Positions 10,487 to 18,616 of a DNA stretch of 64,000 nucleotides are shown piece after piece. The DNA comes from Shigella phage JK32. The notes beneath the pieces are model-generated. The model worked only from the letters and a program-made list of their open reading frames with translations, was not told the origin of the DNA and did not search any database. The stretch's first letter is position 1, and every line of letters begins with the position of its first letter. Position numbers and translations under genes: made by a program. Location: sequence record MK962753.1. One strand, given 5' to 3'.

Positions 10487-10492
10487 TAAATA
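10485..10492 (+). promoter_or_regulatory. T4-type late promoter (TATAAATA) for gene 24
   Basis: Exact TATAAATA about 38 nt upstream of gene 24 ATG. Confidence 0.65.
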
Positions 10493-10530
10493 CAACCATA
10501 TCCATCAATAAAAATACAGGATTCATAAAC

Positions 10531-11772
10531 ATGGCACAGATTTTCAATGAACTGTTAAAGGAATCGACTTCCTCAGTAGCAAACCAGACAGCAAGACCAC
10601 AATTATTGGCACTTACCCGCGCGGTTAACAACCTGATTTTCTCCGATCTGGTGGCAATTCAGCCAACAAATCAGCCTATTTGTGCATTATTCGGACTTCG
10701 TTATGTTAACCGTGATGGTCAAATGACTTATCGTACCGCAGGAACGTATGGTGGTGCGGCTGGTAATCGTGATGTTTTTGAAGATTTTCAGAAAGATAAA
10801 GAATATCAGGTCGGTGATCATTTCAAATTTGATAATGTTGTATATGAAGTGATTACAGAAGGTGCAGTAGGACAGGATATTTCTACCGAAGAAGAAGCGA
10901 TCTTTAAGGGAGTAGTGTCAAATAAAATTCGTTTCTTTAGTGATTATGCACCGACTGAATATTTCGAAGATGCAAACACTGAAATTTCTACTACCGATTT
11001 TGATTTTGAAAAATGGCAAGTTAATGTCGGATCTCGTAAACTGAAAACAGAATTTACTACCGAATTGATGCAAGACCTGGAAGCAAACCAGATGAACTCT
11101 GAAAATACCGTTTTGGATCTTCTTGCTACCGTTGCATCCGAAGAAATCAATAAAGATATTATCCAGAAACTGATTACGGTATCAACTCGTTATAAAGTTA
11201 AGAGCATTACACCTGATGGCGTTCTTTCACTGGTTAACGTTCAGGACGCACCAGCACAAGCGCGTGAACTTTATCGCTATGCATGTGAAATGAGTAATCA
11301 AATGCTTCGCACTTCGTCTTTCGGTGGTACTTATGTTCTTGCATCTTCTCGTGTTGTTGGCCTCCTGCAAGCTAGTGGCTGGATGGAAGAAACTGACAAT
11401 GCACTAAGTGAAGGTCGTTTACGTTGTGGTTTAGAAGTTTATGCGGACACTGTAACCCCGTTTGATTATATGATCGTTGGTTGTAAGCATATGGTTGGTG
11501 ATATGGAGAGCGTAGGTTCTCTGTTCTACTCCCCATATACAGAATCAGACGGAGCGGGTGCATATAAGAGCATCATCGATCCTAATAGCTTCAACCATAA
11601 AGTAGCGATTATGAATAGATATGCTCTTTCTGTCAACCCATACACAACCAAAGCTGATCAAGAAAACAACCAAGTAATCAAGGGTGACGAGTGGGGCAAA
11701 CTTGCCGGACGTTCAGAAATGTCCTACATGCTGGGTATAGAACTGCCACCGCTTGAGATTGACAACGCTTAA
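10531..11772 (+). CDS. 24: Capsid vertex protein gp24
   Basis: 413 aa; aligns along its length with recalled T4 gp24 (e.g. ...LVAIQPTNQP..., KSRKLKT.FT.ELMQDLEAN, FYSPYTE). Confidence 0.92.
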   Translation: MAQIFNELLKESTSSVANQTARPQLLALTRAVNNLIFSDLVAIQPTNQPICALFGLRYVNRDGQMTYRTAGTYGGAAGNRDVFEDFQKDKEYQVGDHFKFDNVVYEVITEGAVGQDISTEEEAIFKGVVSNKIRFFSDYAPTEYFEDANTEISTTDFDFEKWQVNVGSRKLKTEFTTELMQDLEANQMNSENTVLDLLATVASEEINKDIIQKLITVSTRYKVKSITPDGVLSLVNVQDAPAQARELYRYACEMSNQMLRTSSFGGTYVLASSRVVGLLQASGWMEETDNALSEGRLRCGLEVYADTVTPFDYMIVGCKHMVGDMESVGSLFYSPYTESDGAGAYKSIIDPNSFNHKVAIMNRYALSVNPYTTKADQENNQVIKGDEWGKLAGRSEMSYMLGIELPPLEIDNA

Positions 11773-12360
11773 CTAAATATCTAACCAAGACAAATCAGAT
11801 CCGCCCAAGATTTTTTCAACGGCGGATCTATTTTCTTGATGATACAAGTTAAAGCATGGTATCCCATGTCTACGAGCAACATAAACAGCAATTCGAGTCC
11901 CGCCAGAAACAATCCCATTAACTTCTTTCGCCCAAAATAACACACAATCTACAGGATCATCAAGTGTCTCACCTAAGACTTGAGCAACATTTCTAGAAAA
12001 CAGATTTTGCATGTATAACGGTATAGAACGAGGATTATCATAAACGTGTTCTAATTCATCCATCGCCAGATTTTTTTGTTCTAAGGTTTGCCATGCAATC
12101 ACATCATGACCGTTATGCTTGTGGTCATAAAACTTCCAATTTGGAATGAAAATTTTTCTATAATCTGGATCGTAATACTTCATGAAAGCATTGTCCATAC
12201 CGTAAGCCCCTCCAGAATGCGCTACAACGCGATTTTCTGACAATACCCTCCCAATGGTACTAGCCATTATCAAAATGTCGCTAGGCGCTTTTCTAGAGCC
12301 GATTAAAGCACATCTACGAAGCGGTTTTACTCCAACTAGATCTTGTAACTGGTCAAACAT
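11773..12360 (-). CDS. SLOG-superfamily (DprA/Smf/YpsA-like Rossmann) protein
   Basis: 195 aa; motif LIGSRKAPSD...AHSGGAYGMDNA resembles the DprA/SLOG GSR...SGGA.G.D signature; occupies the position of rnlB in T4. Confidence 0.55.
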   Translation of the reverse strand: MFDQLQDLVGVKPLRRCALIGSRKAPSDILIMASTIGRVLSENRVVAHSGGAYGMDNAFMKYYDPDYRKIFIPNWKFYDHKHNGHDVIAWQTLEQKNLAMDELEHVYDNPRSIPLYMQNLFSRNVAQVLGETLDDPVDCVLFWAKEVNGIVSGGTRIAVYVARRHGIPCFNLYHQENRSAVEKILGGSDLSWLDI

Positions 12361-12512
12361 AATATTTCCTCCATAGAAAGCAATATCATACTACAAGTTA
12401 ATAACAAATACAAGTATCCGCGTAGCGGAAGCGAGCACAGCGAGCAATAAAACACTTCCAGTAATTGATTAATAAATGTTCGAAACAAATTTTTATTATT
12501 CTATAAGATAAG

Positions 12513-12538
12513 TCTTCGTTTTGATCATAATTTAATCA
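12513..12538. repeat. 26-nt direct repeat, copy 1 (TCTTCGTTTTGATCATAATTTAATCA)
   Basis: Identical 26-mer recurs at 12662..12687 inside a 410-bp ORF-free AT-rich intergenic region. Confidence 0.8.
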
Positions 12539-12661
12539 TACATGTAAAAACTACACAAAAGGATATCGCTTCGCGAACTCCTACGGAGTATAACATTTGT
12601 GTTACAATATGTATTGATTAATAATTAATCAAAGATACATTTTCTATGTTCTAAAGATCTT

Positions 12662-12687
12662 TCTTCGTTTTGATCATAATTTAATCA
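12662..12687. repeat. 26-nt direct repeat, copy 2
   Basis: Identical to 12513..12538; both copies followed about 20 nt later by ACATGTAAA. Confidence 0.8.
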
Positions 12688-12740
12688 AACAGTATTAATA
12701 TTGTGCACATGTAAACTAAAATTATGTTAATAACAGATAC

Positions 12741-12765
12741 AAAAAAGCCGCCCCGAAGGACGGCT
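12741..12765 (-). terminator. Rho-independent terminator (minus strand)
   Basis: AGCCGCCCCGAAGGACGGCT hairpin with A6 run on + strand (U-run on minus transcript), 9 nt beyond stop of 12774..13211. Confidence 0.65.
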
Positions 12766-12773
12766 AATGTTAA

Positions 12774-13211
12774 TTATTTGTTGATAACGATCTGATTTCG
12801 GCGAATGGTAACATTACTCTTAGAGATGATCAGATCATCCGGCACTACGTTAGTTTTGTATGGCTGGAAGCGAACAAGCATCTGATTGCGTTTAGACCCT
12901 TCCTTAATCTTGATTTCCATCTGGATATTGTTGCCTACGTGAGCAACCGCAATTTCACCTTTATTCTCATAGACCCACTTGCTGGTAACGTCTCCAGCAA
13001 AAGCCTTAATAACTTGCAATGCTTCGTCGTATGCGGTAGAGCTGTGAACTTTCAGAAGGCCAGCCGTCGCCAGACGTGAGCAAGTGATCGCCGGAGACTG
13101 CCAAACATCAACATTAATTTGCTCAATCAGAGTAACACCGCCCTGATCAACTGCTTTGAATGCTTCGAACATTGCTTTTTTCATTGCTACGTGGTTTTTA
13201 CGGAATTTCAT
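12774..13211 (-). CDS. Hypothetical protein (145 aa)
   Basis: Clean ORF bounded by terminator; no recognised domain. Confidence 0.6.
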   Translation of the reverse strand: MKFRKNHVAMKKAMFEAFKAVDQGGVTLIEQINVDVWQSPAITCSRLATAGLLKVHSSTAYDEALQVIKAFAGDVTSKWVYENKGEIAVAHVGNNIQMEIKIKEGSKRNQMLVRFQPYKTNVVPDDLIISKSNVTIRRNQIVINK

Positions 13212-13257
13212 AATTAGTCACCTCTATTGATTAGTTATTCAGAATATTAATTACAAA

Positions 13258-13533
13258 TTAGGACATTGCCCGTTTGAATGCGTCCATTATAACAGTGTTA
13301 TTTGGCTTGTCAACACGTTTTTGAACTTTATTTTTAAATTTTTTGTTGATGTGGTGTTTACGATAAACAACCTTTTCACGGTTGGCGTAAGCCTCTCGTG
13401 CATCTTTTACCATCAACCATGCCTTAGCCGCATCTTGTCCGCTGATCCCGCCAATCTTTTTAGCAATATCAACAAAATTAAGACCGTGGTCTTCGCGTAG
13501 CATGTAAACCATTAACGCTGTTTTCTTGTCCAT
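13258..13533 (-). CDS. Hypothetical protein with helix-turn-helix-like segment
   Basis: Start chosen at internal ATG overlapping upstream stop (TGATG coupling); ORF track gives a longer form 13258..13641; HTH-like FVDIAKKIGGISGQDAAKAW. Confidence 0.45.
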   Translation of the reverse strand: MDKKTALMVYMLREDHGLNFVDIAKKIGGISGQDAAKAWLMVKDAREAYANREKVVYRKHHINKKFKNKVQKRVDKPNNTVIMDAFKRAMS

Positions 13534-13730
13534 CACTTCGCCCCATTGACGATTAACAGGATAGTGATCAGTACCGGAAACTGGATCATGACAGTACCAA
13601 TAAACCGGATAAACGCATTTTCTGACTTCCACACATGACATGCGACTAGCTGATAGACCATTGTTGCAACCAAAGCCAGAAAATACATCTCGATTGGTGC
13701 TTCTTTGATCAATCGTACAATCTCATTCAT
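13533..13730 (-). CDS. Small membrane protein (65 aa)
   Basis: Two hydrophobic helices; stop overlaps start of next ORF. Confidence 0.45.
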   Translation of the reverse strand: MNEIVRLIKEAPIEMYFLALVATMVYQLVACHVWKSENAFIRFIGTVMIQFPVLITILLIVNGAK

Positions 13731-13888
13731 ACTTCACCTCATACATTCATAAACACAACAACGAATAGGACAGTAACAGTTATTAAAGCCATTTTCAACC
13801 CCATATTCATAATATTTTCCTCATAAGGTAACGCCCTGTTGATGTGTGCCATTATAAGCCACTAAATCACACTGTCAAGCACTAAAAA

Positions 13889-13914
13889 CAAAAAAGCCAC
13901 CCCGAAGGATGGCT
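13889..13914 (-). terminator. Rho-independent terminator (minus strand)
   Basis: AGCCACCCCGAAGGATGGCT hairpin preceded on + strand by an A-run; 12 nt beyond hoc stop. Confidence 0.65.
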
Positions 13915-13925
13915 GATAGATTTCA

Positions 13926-15152
13926 TTAAGCAGGAGGCGTTTCACGAATGCGTAGAACTCGCTCTAACGTCTCTCGGTCCAGTTTATGGAAATCTTTGGA
14001 CTGATACATGAAACCATTGCGAGATTCCATGCAAGTGCAATCACTATATTTTTCTTCCGCTGCTGCGATCGTCTCCAGATCTTTGGCGTACTTGCTGGTT
14101 GAATAAACTTCTCGGTGACGCCACTCTAAACCAGCCTCATTGAATTTAACAATCTCGTCAAATACCCACCATCCAATATAGATGAATGAAGTTTTGCGCC
14201 ACGGGATCGGGTGCACGTAACGGAACATTTTATGAAGAGATTCAACAACTTCCATTGAACACTTTCTGCTTGTATGTGCTGCAACTTCTACTGTTGCGCT
14301 TTCGATCTGTTGGTATAATTTAGCAACACACCAGAATTTGGCTGTGTCATCGTAAGTAGCACGCTCTTTGAACAGATGACCGTCTGGCATGATAGAAAAT
14401 CCTTCCAGTGCTTCGCCGACCTCACTACCGATCAGAGTCGGTGACGGCTGTCCTTCACGTTGCAAATACCAGTTATGTTTGATAGTCAATTTAGGCATAC
14501 CGCTAGAATCGCCTACAATGTCCTCTGATACAACATAATTAAGTAAGATTTCCTTACCTAGTGCTACGGTCTTTGATTCCACCACATCCTGATCTACGCT
14601 CATTGTAGCCAGCATGATTTTAGTCGATGCACTATCGGCTGAATCTTCCGATTCGCCCCATACTTTGACAGTATACACACCGTTGTTATCTGCTGTAAAT
14701 TCTTGGATCGTGATATCCTGTGTTGTGTCTATAACTTCTTCGCCCTTACTCCAACTATAATGTAGTTCATAGTTGTCTGTTGGAGTCTTCCCGCCAGAGA
14801 ATTTGACGGTTGCGTGTAATTCTACGTCTGTGTGAGTAGGAACATAGAATTGCGGCGGTTCGGTGATCTTAACGATTAATTCAGCTTCTTCCATACGGAA
14901 AACGTCAGATTCTACAGATTCCCCGCTGTCGGTATCTTGTACGGTGACTTTATAGTTACCCGCATTTTCACTTGTTGCACCTGCTACAGTTAGCGTAGCG
15001 GTGTTATTTTCATGCGGTTTGTTGTCTTTTGTCCATGTATAGGACAAATTGCTGGGTAATGGTTCGTCACCTGCTACAGTCGCTGTTAATGTGAAACCAT
15101 CTCCAGCAAGAAAACATCTTTTGTTCGATTTAATTGATACTGTGAAAGCCAT
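13926..15152 (-). CDS. hoc: Highly immunogenic outer capsid protein Hoc (3 Ig-like domains + capsid-binding domain)
   Basis: C-terminal domain RYVHPIPWRKTSF.Y.GWWV.DEI...ESRNG matches T4 Hoc C-terminus (PYVHPLPHRSSAYIWCGWWVMDEI...ESRNGY); start placed at second ATG which has a GGAG RBS. Confidence 0.8.
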   Translation of the reverse strand: MAFTVSIKSNKRCFLAGDGFTLTATVAGDEPLPSNLSYTWTKDNKPHENNTATLTVAGATSENAGNYKVTVQDTDSGESVESDVFRMEEAELIVKITEPPQFYVPTHTDVELHATVKFSGGKTPTDNYELHYSWSKGEEVIDTTQDITIQEFTADNNGVYTVKVWGESEDSADSASTKIMLATMSVDQDVVESKTVALGKEILLNYVVSEDIVGDSSGMPKLTIKHNWYLQREGQPSPTLIGSEVGEALEGFSIMPDGHLFKERATYDDTAKFWCVAKLYQQIESATVEVAAHTSRKCSMEVVESLHKMFRYVHPIPWRKTSFIYIGWWVFDEIVKFNEAGLEWRHREVYSTSKYAKDLETIAAAEEKYSDCTCMESRNGFMYQSKDFHKLDRETLERVLRIRETPPA

Positions 15153-15167
15153 ATAAAGCCACTCCAT

Positions 15168-15191
15168 ATAAAAGCCGACCCGAAGGTCGGC
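15168..15191 (-). terminator. Rho-independent terminator between the two hoc paralogues
   Basis: GCCGACCCGAAGGTCGGC hairpin plus U-run on minus transcript. Confidence 0.6.
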
Positions 15192-15201
15192 GTTTAATTA
15201 A

Positions 15202-17742
15202 TTAAAATAGTTGAGTACCATCAACCAGATAACCATTACGAGATTCCAATACATGAGTATTAGAATAGTGATGCAACGAGGCTGCAATAGTCTCGATCTC
15301 GTCCGGGTATTTGGTGTGTTCAAAGTCTTCTAACCAGTTAAGCCCTTCGCGGTTGCAACGGTCAATTTCATCAAGTACCCAATAGCCTTGATACTGGAAC
15401 GAAGTACGACGCCACGGAATCGGGTGTACATAGCGTTTTAATTTCGCGGTAGTAAACACTACACGAACTTTTTCACTATGTTTAACATGTCCTTCGTCGT
15501 CAGTAACTTCTGCATAATAGGTTGCTTGATGTGTCTCCTTGCTAATTTGTTCTTTAGGAATAGTATACACCTTACTATTCGCGCCAGGAATAACAGTATC
15601 TTTACCGCCCTGAATTTTATGCCACTTCCATTGAACTTCTTTTTCATCATCAACGTGTTCGGCATGAGCTTCTAAGGTAATATCCTGTTTCTGTCCTTCT
15701 TTAGCAACCACATCCACCGGATGTTTCAGAATATTGATATTTGAATGATGAGTCATTGTCACTAATGCAGGATTAGATTCAATGGTATTCTCACCAGCCG
15801 TAATTACCGCTGTGTAGCTGCCTACGTCAGACGGTTTTGCGTGATCAATAATCAACACATCTGAATTTGCACCAGGAATAATTTCACCGTCTTTTTTCCA
15901 TTGATATGATGGTTTAATACCAATAGATGTTTGTGCGGCAGCGTGTAACATAATTTTTTCATTATATTTCACATGCGCATCTTGTGGGTGAGTTGTTATT
16001 GCTAGGTCATTTGGAACAACCGTTACATCGTCGGAGATCAACACCCTAACCGCTTCTGACATTTTAGAAACTCGATGTTCACCGAATCCAGCCGATACAC
16101 GGCATGTATAAACGCCAGTAGATGTTAATTGTGCATGATCTTCGCCATATACATTTCGTTGTTCAATTCCTGCTGGGAAAAGATCCTCACCATCTTTAAA
16201 CCAACGGTAACGAACTGGCAAAGCATCATTAGACGTTGCCTTGATGGTAAGCGCCCATTGTCCACCGGAGCGAACTTTAACTGCTTTCGGTTGTACAGTG
16301 ATCTCTAACGTTGCCTTTGAGTTATCAACTGTCACCTGAACTGCATTAGACTCAGCCGAAATTCTGTGATTCTGGATACCCATAGAAACTTTACATTTAT
16401 ATTGACCTTCGTCTGCTTTAGTGATTGAGGAAAAATGCAAAGTTTTAGATGTTTTTCCAGGAATCAACTCATCATTTTTATACCACTGATAATCAAGTTT
16501 ATAATGTTCGTAGTCTGTCTCTGCTTCACAAATAAGAGTTTGTGAGGAACTAACTCGAACATTGGTTAACTGCTGTGGTTGTTGAGTGATTCGAATTGTT
16601 GGCGCAGCACCGACAAGAAGATCCGCTTCTTGTGATTCTGAAACCATATTATCACCGTAAGTCACTTTTGCTTTATATTTCGCCTGATTTAATTCCGCAG
16701 TTGCTGGTGCAATGTGGAGATCTTTATTAGTTGCGCCAACAATTGGTTTAAATTCATCTTCACCATTTTTCTTGATGTACCATTGAACTTTTACTGGTTC
16801 ATAGTTTGTTGCATAATCAACACTGAACAAACCTAAAGCACCAGCACCCACATTTATTGTGAGTGGTTGTTTAGTGAATCGAAAGAACGATCGACCTTCG
16901 ACTGTAACGTGACAATCTTTTGAATAGATCGTTGTTTCTGCTTGACGAACTTCAAGACGCCATACACCCTCGTCTTTTTTCGTGACGTGGGTTATAGTTA
17001 ATGCAGTGCCGTCTTGATCCAACACCATCCTATCGTTGTGAATCCACACATATGATAAAGGACGAGTTTTGTCATCGGTTGTCACCTGTGCTTGTAGTTC
17101 AAGTCTTCCATCTTCTGGAACTGTAACCGCTGATGGGTAATGTTCCTGAATATGAACTTTAGGAGCATCTTTATTTTGTTCCACTACTACAGGACTGATC
17201 CAATAGTGAGAACGTGCATCATCGGTAACAAATACCTTACAAGTATAGTTGCCAAAATCCTCATAACCAACTCGATCTACATGCACGTTTTTTTGACGGA
17301 TTTTATCTGGATTTAACTGAATGTGGTTTTTATACCAAATAGTATCAAATTGCTTGTTATCTTCGATGAACGGAGTAACAAAAATATCCAATTCTTCGCC
17401 TAAACGCTTATAAATGTAGGTCGGAGATTGATCCTGTGGTGCAAGGAAGGTGCGACGTTCAACAAGAATAGGCTTAATATCAACCGATTCAAGCGGATTA
17501 TCTTTCAGCTTAACTTTCGCTGTATACGTGCCGAATTGATCTTGAGTCATTTCAGCAATATACAGAGATTGATCTGGTTCTGCAACCTGATCTGATGGTA
17601 CGCTTTGACCGTTTAGCTTCCATTCTACGATATAGTCTTTAAAATCTGCGGTACTTACTACGAGCTTAAGAACAAGTTCATGTCCTACAGACGCGTAGAC
17701 CGGACCCATAGTTTGATGTAAAATATTGATTTTATCAGACAT
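15202..17742 (-). CDS. Hoc-like giant paralogue (multiple Ig-like domains + Hoc capsid-binding domain)
   Basis: 846 aa; repeated ~90-aa Ig-like units with conserved W/Y/C pattern; C-terminus KRYVHPIPWRRTSFQYQGYWVLDEI...ESRNGY homologous to Hoc C-domain; RBS AAGAGGA. Confidence 0.8.
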   Translation of the reverse strand: MSDKINILHQTMGPVYASVGHELVLKLVVSTADFKDYIVEWKLNGQSVPSDQVAEPDQSLYIAEMTQDQFGTYTAKVKLKDNPLESVDIKPILVERRTFLAPQDQSPTYIYKRLGEELDIFVTPFIEDNKQFDTIWYKNHIQLNPDKIRQKNVHVDRVGYEDFGNYTCKVFVTDDARSHYWISPVVVEQNKDAPKVHIQEHYPSAVTVPEDGRLELQAQVTTDDKTRPLSYVWIHNDRMVLDQDGTALTITHVTKKDEGVWRLEVRQAETTIYSKDCHVTVEGRSFFRFTKQPLTINVGAGALGLFSVDYATNYEPVKVQWYIKKNGEDEFKPIVGATNKDLHIAPATAELNQAKYKAKVTYGDNMVSESQEADLLVGAAPTIRITQQPQQLTNVRVSSSQTLICEAETDYEHYKLDYQWYKNDELIPGKTSKTLHFSSITKADEGQYKCKVSMGIQNHRISAESNAVQVTVDNSKATLEITVQPKAVKVRSGGQWALTIKATSNDALPVRYRWFKDGEDLFPAGIEQRNVYGEDHAQLTSTGVYTCRVSAGFGEHRVSKMSEAVRVLISDDVTVVPNDLAITTHPQDAHVKYNEKIMLHAAAQTSIGIKPSYQWKKDGEIIPGANSDVLIIDHAKPSDVGSYTAVITAGENTIESNPALVTMTHHSNINILKHPVDVVAKEGQKQDITLEAHAEHVDDEKEVQWKWHKIQGGKDTVIPGANSKVYTIPKEQISKETHQATYYAEVTDDEGHVKHSEKVRVVFTTAKLKRYVHPIPWRRTSFQYQGYWVLDEIDRCNREGLNWLEDFEHTKYPDEIETIAASLHHYSNTHVLESRNGYLVDGTQLF

Positions 17743-17820
17743 GTAATATCCTCTTTTTTAATTGCATAACGGAACTACAATTAAAAACATAACAAATATT
17801 TCACAACTTTTACACTCTTA

Positions 17821-18546
17821 TTATTTAAGCGTGTGGAATTGGCTGTGTTTAGTCTCTCGCACCTTGACAGACCCATCGCGTTTGATATAATAGATCAGTG
17901 ACTTGAGGGTGTCGTGTACATACGCGTGCGGGAAACGTTCTGGATACTTCTTCCAATCTGGAGTATTAACGATCCAGTCGAAAATCCACCACGGGCAGGA
18001 GTAGTAACCACGACCGCCACCGATCAAGCAAATGGTCGGACGGAAACCAGTAAGATCGCAAAATGAGTCAGTGTCATGTGCTGGGGAACGATGCTCTGCT
18101 TCGTCAGAGAAAATGTTTGCTACCGGAGATTCCGCTTTAACTTCCGATGCTTCTTCAAAATCTAACTTAACTTCTTCGACCACTGGTTCAACTGCTGGAG
18201 ATTCTTCTTTTGTTTCTTCAATGACGATCTCAGGTTCTTTCATTGCTTCAACCAGAGACGGATCAACTTCGTCGAATACCACTTTATCATCTGCGGTGTC
18301 TGCTGCCAGAATAAGATCGTTAATACTGGTTCCCTCTTCTGGGGTTTCTTCTTCCATTTCGGACGCCAGTTTAGTTAATTCGGTTTCTACGAACTCGATC
18401 ATATTCTCTAGCGAGAGCGTCTTTTTGACCTTGATATCAAATTGTTTTGCGTAGTCCGCTAATTCTGTTTTAGCGGTTTTCTGTGCTTCTTTGTCGTCGG
18501 ACGCCGCAATAGCGCGGAGTTCTTCGAAATATTCTTTATCAAACAT
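17821..18546 (-). CDS. Hypothetical protein, acidic N-terminal half, Cys/Trp-rich C-terminus (occupies inh position of T4)
   Basis: 241 aa ORF between hoc genes and uvsW; assignment to Inh is by position only. Confidence 0.55.
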   Translation of the reverse strand: MFDKEYFEELRAIAASDDKEAQKTAKTELADYAKQFDIKVKKTLSLENMIEFVETELTKLASEMEEETPEEGTSINDLILAADTADDKVVFDEVDPSLVEAMKEPEIVIEETKEESPAVEPVVEEVKLDFEEASEVKAESPVANIFSDEAEHRSPAHDTDSFCDLTGFRPTICLIGGGRGYYSCPWWIFDWIVNTPDWKKYPERFPHAYVHDTLKSLIYYIKRDGSVKVRETKHSQFHTLK

Positions 18547-18572
18547 GTTATTCTCCTGATTGGGGGTGTTTG

Positions 18573-18580
18573 TATAAATA
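18573..18580 (+). promoter_or_regulatory. T4-type late promoter (TATAAATA) for uvsW
   Basis: Exact TATAAATA about 36 nt upstream of uvsW ATG. Confidence 0.6.
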
Positions 18581-18616
18581 TTTGTATACTGTATTTATTG
18601 AGTGAGGCTATTCGCT

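Noticed and set aside
12361-12773. tRNA or small CRISPR-like array in the ORF-free intergenic region
   Set aside because: No cloverleaf-compatible segment was recognised by eye (no acceptor/T-arm GTTC..GAAC pairing), and only two repeat copies are present; left as unexplained repeats.
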